Shown: piece after piece, positions 25,042-32,000 of the stretch
How positions within the stretch are numbered: the stretch's first letter is position 1
Layout: each line of letters starts with the position of its first letter
NCBI GenBank assembly: GCA_030604855.1
Contig: JAUVVC010000001.1
Span: forward strand, 281,153-313,152
Length of the DNA: 32,000 nt
Direction: 5' to 3'
From: Erysipelotrichaceae bacterium
GTDB taxonomy: Bacteria > Bacillota_I > Bacilli_A > Erysipelotrichales > Erysipelotrichaceae
Translations under genes and position numbers: made by a program
The notes under the pieces: generated by a model
The model's database searches: none
Told to the model about the DNA's origin: nothing
The model's input: only the letters and a program-made list of their open reading frames with translations

Positions 25042-25500
25042 ATGGAAACGAAACGACTGGATGTACATCCAACACAACATTTACAATTACCGTGTGTGGT
25101 GTTATTGACACCAAAGAGTGATTTGATGACTTTGAAAGAAACGATGACGATTCGTCAAGCGCTTGAAAAGATGCGCCATGCCTCGTATACAGCGATGGCG
25201 GTACTGGATGATCGAGGGCATTATGTAGGGACTGTCAATGAAGGCGATTTTCTTTGGTATCTATTGAATACAGGGCAGACGCAAGCCAAAGAATTAGAAG
25301 ATGATCCCTTGCGTACGATCTTACGATTGAACTGGAACCCAACGATTTCAGGGGATGAGCCGGTCTCATCGGTGTTGGAGCGGGTCATGGACCAAAACTT
25401 CGTACCTGTCGTGGATGATCGAGGTATGTTCATGGGCATCATCACGCGAAAGTCTGTCATTGCCTTCACCATGCGTCATATGCAAAAAAATAGGGTGTGA
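25042..25500 (+). CDS. Stand-alone CBS-pair protein (YkuL/CbpB-like)
   Basis: Two CBS motifs (ASYTAMAVLDDRGHYVGTV, NFVPVVDDRGMFMGIITR). The size and C-terminal helix resemble YkuL. Confidence 0.72.
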   Translation: METKRLDVHPTQHLQLPCVVLLTPKSDLMTLKETMTIRQALEKMRHASYTAMAVLDDRGHYVGTVNEGDFLWYLLNTGQTQAKELEDDPLRTILRLNWNPTISGDEPVSSVLERVMDQNFVPVVDDRGMFMGIITRKSVIAFTMRHMQKNRV

Positions 25501-25507
25501 GCCCTAT
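25490..25507. terminator. Bidirectional hairpin shared by the CBS and nitroreductase genes
   Basis: ATAGGGT / GCCCTAT stem with the CBS stop codon in the loop. There are A7 on the left (T7 on the minus strand) and TTTT on the right. Confidence 0.6.
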
Positions 25508-25509
25508 TT

Positions 25510-26256
25510 TCAATATTGGATGAAACCTTGTCCTTGGAAGAATTTCAACAGCTGCATGCGTCCTGGATGTTTACGTGTCATGCCTTTTGCGATTTGTGTG
25601 GTGAATTCATCGACACGATTGTTCGCATCCCTTAAATCATAATATTCATGTACAATCGCATCATAGTCTTTGAGCGCTTCGCAGACGTTTTCGAGTTTTG
25701 GATACGTGTTTTCAAAATGCATGATTTCACGTGGCAATCGGGGTTTGAGTTGAGGTGCTTGGTCTGGATGACCCAAGGCAATGCCTAAGACGGGGACGAC
25801 GTGTTTGGGTAGATTGAAGAGTTCAATCAATTGATCGGCATGATTCAAAACACTTCCAAGAAAGACACCACCTAAACCCATGGCTTCTGCCGCAAGCAGG
25901 ATGTTTTGTGCGGCTAAGATCGCATCCGTCGATGCCACAAAGAAGCGATCGAAGGAACCGAGGACATCAGTATCAAAGCCTTGTTCCTCTGCGATCAATT
26001 GATTACGATGTTGGTCTGCCAACATAATGAAGAGATGTCCGCTCTCCGCAATGTACTTTTGATTTCCAATCACAGCGACCTTTGCCTTCTTTTCAGGATC
26101 GGTGACGCTCAGGATTGAATACGACTGCATAAAGCTTGAGCTGGATGTATGCCGTGCCACATCAACGAGAAGATTGACTTCCTCGCTTGTTAGTGGAATG
26201 TTTTTGAACTTACGAATGGAACGATGATTGAGTTGATTTTGAATGGTTGGATTCAT
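25510..26256 (-). CDS. Oxygen-insensitive NADPH nitroreductase (NfsA/NfrA family)
   Basis: N-terminus HRSIRKFKNIPLT...SSSFMQSYSIL, and the overall length is typical of the NfsA group. Confidence 0.85.
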   Translation of the reverse strand: MNPTIQNQLNHRSIRKFKNIPLTSEEVNLLVDVARHTSSSSFMQSYSILSVTDPEKKAKVAVIGNQKYIAESGHLFIMLADQHRNQLIAEEQGFDTDVLGSFDRFFVASTDAILAAQNILLAAEAMGLGGVFLGSVLNHADQLIELFNLPKHVVPVLGIALGHPDQAPQLKPRLPREIMHFENTYPKLENVCEALKDYDAIVHEYYDLRDANNRVDEFTTQIAKGMTRKHPGRMQLLKFFQGQGFIQY

Positions 26257-26300
26257 AGGGATACCTTTCTATTTACACTGAGAATTATAACATGATGCAT

Positions 26301-26333
26301 TAAAATAAAATGAATCTAAGTTGACTTAGATTC
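26301..26333 (-). terminator. Rho-independent terminator of alr
   Basis: GAATCTAAGT / ACTTAGATTC stem overlapping the stop codon. The minus strand continues ATTTTATTTTA. Confidence 0.6.
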
Positions 26334-27450
26334 ACCGTTCGATGAGTTTAGGGGAGGGGAAACGAGCGTTCAGATAAGCAATCGGTTCACCATCCAAGAT
26401 GTAAACGCGAGGAATGCGATCGTTGAGTTGGGGGAAGATTTCATAAGGAATGGTTCCTAAATGTTTAGCCAAAGCATAGACATCGATATGGGGTCCGAGG
26501 ACTTCAACCATCGTTCCAATCGGGTAAGCTTTATCCAGCTTCACAATGGCAAGATCCATACAGATTCGTCCAACATACTCATGAAGTTGGCCATCAATGG
26601 CACAATGAGCCCCTTGGAAGTGACGGCTCAAACCATCCGCATAGCCGATGCCAATCGTCCCAACTAATTCATCCTTTTCTGCGACATAACTTGCACCATA
26701 GCCTACAGATTCGCCTTTAGATAAGGCCTTGACATCCAAGATCGGCGCATGGAGCTTCATCAAAGGTTTAAGGTCGACATCATAGTCGGAATAACCGTAT
26801 AGCGATAGACCGATACGCACCGCATTGCAGAAAGGGGTAGGGAAGTTCACAACAGCACCACTGTTTGCACAATGGATCCATTTGAAGGTTCGATTGATTT
26901 GTTCAACCATCTGATTGAATAAGGTATATTGAGCTGTGGTTTGTATGTTGGATGGTTCATCACTTGAAGCGAAGTGGGTGTAGATGCCTTCTAATTCAAA
27001 GCCTTTGGTATCAGCTAGAGCCAAAGCAGAATCCAAATCACTTTGAAGTTTGATGCCCAAGCGATTCATACCGGTATCCAACTTAACATGGACTCGTAGA
27101 CCAGCAAGCTTAGGTGCTTTGACGACCCAATCCAAGGAGACCATCGTCACGATAATATCGTTTTGATATGCAATTTCCAAATCCTCAGCTTCCACATAAC
27201 CCATACAAAGGATATTGAGTTTGATACCATGATTACGAAGATTGATGGCTTCATCCAAGGTTGCGACGGCACACATGCGTGTCCCTATTTTCTCCAAATG
27301 ACGTGCCAACATGATATCCCCATGCCCATAGGCATTGGCCTTGATGACGGCAATAAGCTCCTTTTGATGATAATCATGGAGCACTTTTACATTATGTTCT
27401 AAAGCGTTCAAATCCACTTCAGCCCAGGTTTTACGAAAGGATGGTTTCAT
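26332..27450 (-). CDS. alr: Alanine racemase
   Basis: PLP-lysine motif AVIKANAYGHG and the C-terminal barrel region with YGxxY-type motifs. Length is typical. Confidence 0.9.
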   Translation of the reverse strand: MKPSFRKTWAEVDLNALEHNVKVLHDYHQKELIAVIKANAYGHGDIMLARHLEKIGTRMCAVATLDEAINLRNHGIKLNILCMGYVEAEDLEIAYQNDIIVTMVSLDWVVKAPKLAGLRVHVKLDTGMNRLGIKLQSDLDSALALADTKGFELEGIYTHFASSDEPSNIQTTAQYTLFNQMVEQINRTFKWIHCANSGAVVNFPTPFCNAVRIGLSLYGYSDYDVDLKPLMKLHAPILDVKALSKGESVGYGASYVAEKDELVGTIGIGYADGLSRHFQGAHCAIDGQLHEYVGRICMDLAIVKLDKAYPIGTMVEVLGPHIDVYALAKHLGTIPYEIFPQLNDRIPRVYILDGEPIAYLNARFPSPKLIER

Positions 27451-27869
27451 TAGATGATCCTCGACTTGTTATAGGCGGTAACGATCCCCCAAGCAAAGAA
27501 TAAGAGATTGATCAAACCATTGATCGAACCCAAATAGACTTGTGTGATGATTAGAATAGCTTGGTAAAGGATGATTGGATTCAAGCTTAGCCCAAAATAA
27601 CGAACGACATCCGAGAGGACAAAGGCGATGCCAGCCAAGACAGCCCCAAGAATCGAGAACTTGACTTGGACACCACGACCAAACTTTTGGATGACCATGC
27701 CAATAAGATAGCCAATCCCAACATAGACGATGGAGAAGGTGATGGGTAGGATACGTGAAATATAGCCGTATGCGATGCCAAGGCCGAGTGCCGTAGGAAT
27801 CCCATAGAGAAGGGCATTGAGGAAACGTTGATTTGAATTCAGTTTGAATGAGTTGTAGATTCGATACAT
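27450..27869 (-). CDS. Hypothetical 4-TM membrane protein co-transcribed with alr
   Basis: Four hydrophobic helices, SD AGGAGA, and a stop that overlaps the alr start (TAATG). Confidence 0.5.
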   Translation of the reverse strand: MYRIYNSFKLNSNQRFLNALLYGIPTALGLGIAYGYISRILPITFSIVYVGIGYLIGMVIQKFGRGVQVKFSILGAVLAGIAFVLSDVVRYFGLSLNPIILYQAILIITQVYLGSINGLINLLFFAWGIVTAYNKSRII

Positions 27870-27890
27870 AGTATTCTCCTAACGCAGTTT

Positions 27891-27919
27891 ATTATAGCAT
27901 TTACATTTAGGATTTTGAA
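27891..27919 (-). promoter_or_regulatory. Sigma-A-type promoter of the membrane-protein/alr operon
   Basis: Minus strand: TTCAAA (27919-27914), 17 nt spacer, TATAAT (27896-27891). Confidence 0.5.
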
Positions 27920-28005
27920 ATGAAGCAATGAATTAATCATTAAAGGTGCTAAAATTTAAGTGATCTTAGCGTGTGTATTTAAGCCAATTAAATGTCATTT
28001 TTGTA

Positions 28006-28034
28006 TTGACGATAAAATACCCTTATGGTATATT
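28006..28034 (+). promoter_or_regulatory. Sigma-A-type promoter of the tRNA array
   Basis: TTGACG (28006-28011), 17 nt spacer, TATATT (28029-28034), about 24 nt before the first tRNA. Confidence 0.6.
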
Positions 28035-28057
28035 TAAAAGGCACTTGAGAGAAGCAT

Positions 28058-28133
28058 GGAGGCTTAGCTCAGTTGGGAGAGCGTCTGCCTTACAAGCAGA
28101 GGGTCGGGGGTTCGAGCCCCTCAGCCTCCACCA
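28058..28133 (+). tRNA. tRNA-Val (anticodon UAC)
   Basis: Cloverleaf folded by hand. Acceptor GGAGGCT/AGCCTCC, anticodon arm TCTGC-CTTACAA-GCAGA, T-loop GGTTCGAGCC, encoded CCA. Confidence 0.9.
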
Positions 28134-28154
28134 TTTTTATTTAAGTGCAAAATT

Positions 28155-28230
28155 GCCGGCTTAGCTCAATTGGCAGAGCAACTGATTTGTAATCAGTAGG
28201 TTGTGGGTTCAAGTCCTATAGCCGGCACCA
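28155..28230 (+). tRNA. tRNA-Thr (anticodon UGU)
   Basis: Acceptor GCCGGCT/AGCCGGC, anticodon arm ACTGA-TTTGTAA-TCAGT, T-loop GGTTCAAGTCC, encoded CCA. Confidence 0.9.
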
Positions 28231-28255
28231 TTCTTGTCTCTCAGTAGTATTTACT

Positions 28256-28340
28256 GGGGGGGTAGCGAAGTGGCTAAACGCGGTTGACTGTAAATCAATT
28301 CTCTCCGAGTTCGGCGGTTCGAATCCGTCCCCCCCCACCA
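28256..28340 (+). tRNA. tRNA-Tyr (anticodon GUA), long variable arm
   Basis: Acceptor G7/C7, anticodon arm GTTGA-CTGTAAA-TCAAT, long extra arm, T-loop GGTTCGAATCC, encoded CCA. Confidence 0.9.
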
Positions 28341-28347
28341 TTCAAAT

Positions 28348-28423
28348 TGGGGTATAGCCAAGCGGTAAGGCACCAGACTTTGACTCTGGCATCTCCCTGG
28401 TCCGAATCCAGGTACCCCAGCCA
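28348..28423 (+). tRNA. tRNA-Gln (anticodon UUG)
   Basis: Acceptor TGGGGTA/TACCCCA, anticodon arm CCAGA-CTTTGAC-TCTGG, encoded CCA. Confidence 0.88.
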
Positions 28424-28429
28424 TTATGT

Positions 28430-28505
28430 GACCCGTTAGCTCAGGTGGTAGAGCAACTGACTTTTAATCAGTGGGTCGAAGGTTCGAGTCCTTTACGGGT
28501 CACCA
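28430..28505 (+). tRNA. tRNA-Lys (anticodon UUU)
   Basis: Acceptor GACCCGT/ACGGGTC, anticodon arm ACTGA-CTTTTAA-TCAGT, T-loop GGTTCGAGTCC, encoded CCA. Confidence 0.9.
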
Positions 28506-28520
28506 TTCTTATTACCACCC

Positions 28521-28594
28521 GCGGATGTAGTTCAATGGTAGAACTTCAGCCTTCCAAGCTGACTACGTGGGTTCGATTCCCATCATCCGCTCCA
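28521..28594 (+). tRNA. tRNA-Gly (anticodon UCC)
   Basis: Acceptor GCGGATG/CATCCGC, anticodon arm TCAGC-CTTCCAA-GCTGA, T-loop GGTTCGATTCC, encoded CCA. Confidence 0.9.
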
Positions 28595-28612
28595 TTTTAC
28601 GTAAAACTCTCA

Positions 28613-28638
28613 AAAAGCGCTTAAACAGGCGCTTTTTT
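28613..28638 (+). terminator. Rho-independent terminator of the tRNA array
   Basis: AAAGCGC / GCGCTTT stem followed by TTTTTT. Confidence 0.7.
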
Positions 28639-28657
28639 GCATATTAAGCTAATTTTA

Positions 28658-28721
28658 CTGGGTCACGCTGGGTCACGGGTTAAAAATTATGTGCAATTTT
28701 ATGCAATTTTACGTAGTTTTA
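28658..28721. repeat. Two sets of tandem decamers between the tRNA terminator and the integrase gene
   Basis: CTGGGTCACG x2 (28658-28677). TGCAATTTTA x2 plus a degenerate third copy CGTAGTTTTA (28692-28721). Confidence 0.6.
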
Positions 28722-28807
28722 CATCGTCGTTTTCCCAATTATGGTGGCTCTCAAATGCTTGTTATTTTTCTAAAATTAAGTTGAGAAAACACAGAGAGGG
28801 TAAAAGA

Positions 28808-29461
28808 ATGCCAGCAACAAAACAAAACGATGGATTATGGAGATTTCAAAAAGTAATCGTAGATCCAATTACAGGTGAAAAGATTAGATTAAGAAAACGA
28901 GGTTACAAATCAAAACGAGATGCAGAGATAGCCGAAGCTTCTGCTATTATCGAAGCTACAAGCCAACCTGAATTGTTAGATGAGGTGTTAGGGAAAGTAG
29001 TTATTGATGACTTTATTTCATATAAAGACGCAACTATTAACGCACGCTCTATGCAAAAGAAAAATAGAATGATTAATGCGTTTATCTTACCTAATCTTGG
29101 TAATCTAGATTTAAATAAGTTTACCAATTTGCATGCACGTAAATACTATGATAAGTTAATTCACTTTGAAGCATCATTGAACCAAAAAAATGCAATACTC
29201 GACTTAACGAAGTCAATCTTCTATCATGCTGAAACTAACTTTGGGATTTCTGCTCAGCCAATTAGAAGACTTCAAAAATTTAAGATCATAAAATCAAAAA
29301 GACGTTTATTTGATGTTTACGATATTGAAGATTTTGAAAAATTTAATTCTACTTTCTCAGAAGATACAGAGTATGAACTTACTTTAAAAACATTCTTTAA
29401 CGTACTATTTTGGACAGGAGCTAGAAGGGGTGAAGCAAAAGGTTTGAAATGGAATGACATC
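28808..29461 (+). pseudogene. Tyrosine recombinase (phage/ICE-type integrase), 5' portion only, truncated by IS insertion
   Basis: The ATG at 28808 follows GAGAGGG. The N-terminal arm-binding/SAM-like region runs to the catalytic-domain box I (FWTGARRGEAKGLKWNDI). The frame then runs into IS sequence and stops at 29560 with no His/Tyr boxes. Confidence 0.8.
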
Positions 29462-29480
29462 TGTATACGACACACAAATT

Positions 29481-29558
29481 ATACCACCTCGTCGCTCAAG
29501 TCAGAGCCACCTCATCGGTCGTTGAGAGCCATCCCATCGCTGCTTGAGAGCCACCGAT
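29481..29558 (+). repeat. IS21 left-end subterminal repeats (about 4 copies of GAGCCAYC-YCRTCG-type units)
   Basis: ATACCACCTCGTCG (29481), AGAGCCACCTCATCGG (29503), GAGAGCCATCCCATCG (29524), GAGAGCCACCGAT (29546). Confidence 0.55.
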
Positions 29559-29629
29559 AATTACCTTACAGTAAAGTTGCACAAATCAGTTCGTCGTGCG
29601 ACTTTTTTGTGTCAAAGGAGGTTGCGATC

Positions 29630-31174
29630 ATGCAAGATATTAAAGAAGTGTCACGTTTGCGATTGTTGGGTTTGAGTCAACGAACAATCGCCAAGCAATG
29701 CCGAATCTCAAGGAATACGGTAAAGCTGTTTTATGATTTTTTAGACTCAAGAGGTTGGGACTATCATACGATCAAGGATTTTGACTGGCTTCAGATCATC
29801 GATTTGATTGAGCTTCAACTTAAGTCCGTCAGGGAACTTCATTACGAACTGCCTGACTATGAAAAACTGGTTAAGGAGTTGAGTAAACCGGGTGTCACAA
29901 TGCAGTTACTCTGGGAAGAGTACGTACAGAACTGCCGCAGATCGAATCAGCTGTACTACCAGATCACACAGTTTAAAAAGCATTTTCATGACTACATCAA
30001 TACCCACAGTTTCACCGATGTGATTCAACACAAACCAGGAGAACGCATCGAAGTGGATTGGGCTGGAACACCTGTGATGTACATGGATCCCGATCATGGT
30101 GGAATGGTCAGTGGATCGCTCTTCGTTGCGGTATTGCCTTTCAGTGGTTACACCTTCGCATGGGCATGTCCAGACCAGAAACAGGCCAGTTGGATCGATG
30201 CCCACTTGCGTATGTTCAGCTACTTTGGGGGTGTCTCACAGCTTCTCGTGCCGGATAACCTGAAGACCGGCGTCATCAAACATCCCAAATATGAAGATCC
30301 CATTCTGAATGTGAGTTATCGTGAGATGGCTGAACACTATGGTTGTGTCGTATTGCCCACACGTGTACGAAAGCCCAAGGATAAGGCCAGTGTTGAGAAC
30401 AGCGTGAATCAACTGACACGCTTCATCATTGCGCGTTTACGCAATCATCAATTCTTTACCCTAATGGAGTACAATGAACAATTACTCATCACCTTGGATG
30501 CCTTCAATCATAAACCGTTTCAAAAGAAGCCTGGTTCACGGAGTGAAGCCTTTGAGCAATTCGAGCAAGCATTCCTTAGACCACTTCCTAAATATCCGTA
30601 TACCTTCTGTCAATGGCGAAAAGCCAAGGTCCAGATGAACAGTCATATTCAATTTGAGAAACGCTATTACTCGGTACCTTATCGCTTTATTGGCAACGAG
30701 ATTGAGGTCAAAGTCTATGCCGATCACCTTGAGATGATCGCTTCAAGCTCTGTGATTGCCCAGCATCAACGTCTGGGCGTCCCTATGGGCGGTTACAGTA
30801 CGATTCCGGATCATATGCCACCCCAAAGCCAGATTCATCAAAACTGGTCCAAAGAACGCTTCATCCTTGAGGCGAATCTTATTGGAATCCATACAACGAA
30901 GGTCATTGAACAGTCCTTCGAGAATGTCAAACATGAAGCGCAAGGATACAAGACTGCCGTCTCAATACTTAAGTTGGCCGAACTCTACTCTGTGGAACGA
31001 TTGGAGAATGCGTGCCGACGCTTGCTTGAGAAAGGTCAGAACCCTCGCTATAAGCATCTTAAGACGCTCTTACAGAATGGTCAAGACAAGATGAGAAGCT
31101 CTGATATCGAAGCGGATCAACGCAGTGAGAAAGCCTTTGTGCGAGGAGGACAGTACTATGCCCGCAAAGCTTGA
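29630..31174 (+). CDS. istA: IS21-family transposase IstA
   Basis: N-terminal HTH LGLSQRTIAKQCRISRNTV. DDE candidates IEVDWAG, LVPDNLKTG and KDKASVENS. The ATG at 29630 follows AAGGAGG. Confidence 0.9.
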   Translation: MQDIKEVSRLRLLGLSQRTIAKQCRISRNTVKLFYDFLDSRGWDYHTIKDFDWLQIIDLIELQLKSVRELHYELPDYEKLVKELSKPGVTMQLLWEEYVQNCRRSNQLYYQITQFKKHFHDYINTHSFTDVIQHKPGERIEVDWAGTPVMYMDPDHGGMVSGSLFVAVLPFSGYTFAWACPDQKQASWIDAHLRMFSYFGGVSQLLVPDNLKTGVIKHPKYEDPILNVSYREMAEHYGCVVLPTRVRKPKDKASVENSVNQLTRFIIARLRNHQFFTLMEYNEQLLITLDAFNHKPFQKKPGSRSEAFEQFEQAFLRPLPKYPYTFCQWRKAKVQMNSHIQFEKRYYSVPYRFIGNEIEVKVYADHLEMIASSSVIAQHQRLGVPMGGYSTIPDHMPPQSQIHQNWSKERFILEANLIGIHTTKVIEQSFENVKHEAQGYKTAVSILKLAELYSVERLENACRRLLEKGQNPRYKHLKTLLQNGQDKMRSSDIEADQRSEKAFVRGGQYYARKA

Positions 31175-31901
31175 ACACGATGCGATGATTCGCAAACTGC
31201 GCGAGATGCGCCTCCCCATCATGGCGGATGAATTGGATCATCTTCTGAACTCTAACCAATTGAGTAAAATGAATACCCTTGAGGTGCTAAGACATCTCAT
31301 TGATGAGGAGTATACCAACCGTAAAAACAACACGGTTCACCGCACCATCAAGAAAGCCAAGTTCTCAGACAGTCGAGCGCGTTTGAGTGAGCTACTCCCG
31401 GATCCCGAGCGCGAGATCAATCTCAGTGTCATCGAACAGCTCAAGACGAATCAATATATTCACAATCGAAAGAATGTCATCCTCTTAGGAGCGACGGGAA
31501 GTGGGAAGTCCTTTCTCGGGAATGCGCTGGGAATCCATGCTTGTGAAGCGGGCTATACCGTCAAATATGTTCGTATGATTGAGCTGCTCTCCGATCTGGA
31601 GATCAATAAACTTCAAGGAACCTATTGGCAATTCATTAAACAACTCGCTAAGCTTGATTTACTAATTATCGATGATTTCTTATTGAGCAGTACGACCCAA
31701 CAGGAACAGCAGGATCTGATGGAAGTCATGGAGAAACGCTCACGGGATCGCTCGACCATCTTCTGCTCACAAATGGAGATTGAAGAATGGCATCGACGTC
31801 TAGGAAGTAGTGCCATCGCAGATTCCGTTCTCGATCGTATCATACCGAAGTCACATCAACTCATCTTAAAAGGTGAATCGATGCGTTCTAAAATTGACTA
31901 A
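31158..31901 (+). CDS. istB: IS21-family helper ATPase IstB
   Basis: Walker A GATGSGKS and Walker B LLIIDDF. The ATG at 31158 follows GAGGAGG and overlaps the istA end by 17 nt. Confidence 0.9.
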   Translation: MPAKLEHDAMIRKLREMRLPIMADELDHLLNSNQLSKMNTLEVLRHLIDEEYTNRKNNTVHRTIKKAKFSDSRARLSELLPDPEREINLSVIEQLKTNQYIHNRKNVILLGATGSGKSFLGNALGIHACEAGYTVKYVRMIELLSDLEINKLQGTYWQFIKQLAKLDLLIIDDFLLSSTTQQEQQDLMEVMEKRSRDRSTIFCSQMEIEEWHRRLGSSAIADSVLDRIIPKSHQLILKGESMRSKID

Positions 31902-31911
31902 ATAATTGGCT

Positions 31912-31983
31912 AGAGCCATCCAATTTTTGGGTGGCTCTTACTTTCCGACGCAGTGGCTCTCGATGTCCGATGCGCTGGTTCTA
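31912..31983 (-). repeat. IS21 right-end subterminal repeats (inverted relative to the left end)
   Basis: AGAGCCATCC (31912-31921) pairs with GGGTGGCTCT (31929-31938). Further inverted copies are AGTGGCTCTC (31952-31961) and the degenerate GCTGGTTCTA (31974-31983). Confidence 0.5.
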
Positions 31984-32000
31984 TTTTGACGGCGTTTTCA

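Larger units (their letters stand above)
29462..32000 (+). mobile_element. IS21-family insertion sequence (left end to window edge; right terminus not in window)
   Basis: Begins with TG at 29462, exactly where integrase homology ends. It carries overlapping istA/istB genes. Multiple GAGAGCCAC-type subterminal repeats occur in inverted orientation at the two ends. Confidence 0.85.

Noticed and set aside
27973-28164. 63-aa ORF overlapping tRNA-Val and tRNA-Thr.
   Set aside because: The region folds into two canonical tRNAs with a good upstream promoter, so the ORF is incidental.
28256-28340. Homopolymeric G7:C7 acceptor stem of tRNA-Tyr as an anomaly or sequencing artefact.
   Set aside because: The stem is perfectly complementary and the rest of the tRNA is canonical and Bacillus-like. 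G-rich acceptor stems are normal for bacterial tRNA-Tyr.
28637-28807. N-terminal extension of the integrase ORF (track start 28637).
   Set aside because: The extension runs through the tRNA terminator tail and the decamer repeats and has no SD. The ATG at 28808 has GAGAGGG upstream and gives a typical integrase N-terminus (MPATKQNDGLW...).
31912-31938. The hairpin AGAGCCATCC-N7-GGGTGGCTCT after istB as a simple transcription terminator.
   Set aside because: It is not followed by a T-tract. The same motif recurs in inverted orientation at the left IS end, so it is more likely part of the transposase-binding subterminal repeats.
1-32000. CRISPR arrays, rRNA genes, retron- or DGR-like repeats, or large direct repeats.
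   Set aside because: No regularly spaced repeats of 24-40 bp were seen. The only repeats found are the 20-bp operator pair, the decamers near the integrase gene and the IS21 subterminal repeats. Every intergenic region longer than 100 nt is accounted for by promoters or terminators.

Overview
This looks like a chromosomal segment from a low-to-moderate-GC Gram-positive (Bacillota-type) organism. Support: strong GGAGG-type Shine-Dalgarno sites, genomically encoded CCA on all six tRNAs, and close resemblance to Bacillus OhrR, BsaA, YkuL and YrrN/YrrO. All calls come from reading the six-frame track and DNA by eye; no database or HMM search was run, so product names are family-level. About 30 protein genes are present. 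Most are housekeeping or stress genes: guaB-guaA, alr, ltaE, an aldo/keto reductase, an NfsA-like nitroreductase, gpx-ohrR, a translationally coupled MFS/U32/U32/TrmH chain, and YihY. Accessory modules lie between them. (1) An XRE-HTH/S24 (HdiR-type, LexA-like) repressor is divergent from a tightly packed Y-family polymerase / 78-aa ORF / SRAP (YedK-like) operon. Two identical 19-bp palindromes sit in the shared control region. This is the best candidate for a poorly described system in the window. (2) An XRE-HTH + TPR (RNPP-like) regulator overlaps an ABC exporter gene. (3) A Phd/YefM-like plus RelE/ParE-like toxin-antitoxin pair sits next to a GNAT and a stand-alone RelA/SpoT-type HD hydrolase. 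(4) A secreted GH73 glucosaminidase with a duplicated C-terminal module is coupled to a membrane-anchored protein and converges on a PASTA-repeat gene fragment. guaB encodes an IMP dehydrogenase with no CBS/Bateman subdomain. A six-tRNA array (Val-Thr-Tyr-Gln-Lys-Gly) marks the edge of an integrated element. That element's tyrosine-integrase gene is cut after about 218 codons by an IS21-family element (istA/istB) that runs off the right edge. No CRISPR array, rRNA or riboswitch-sized leader was seen.
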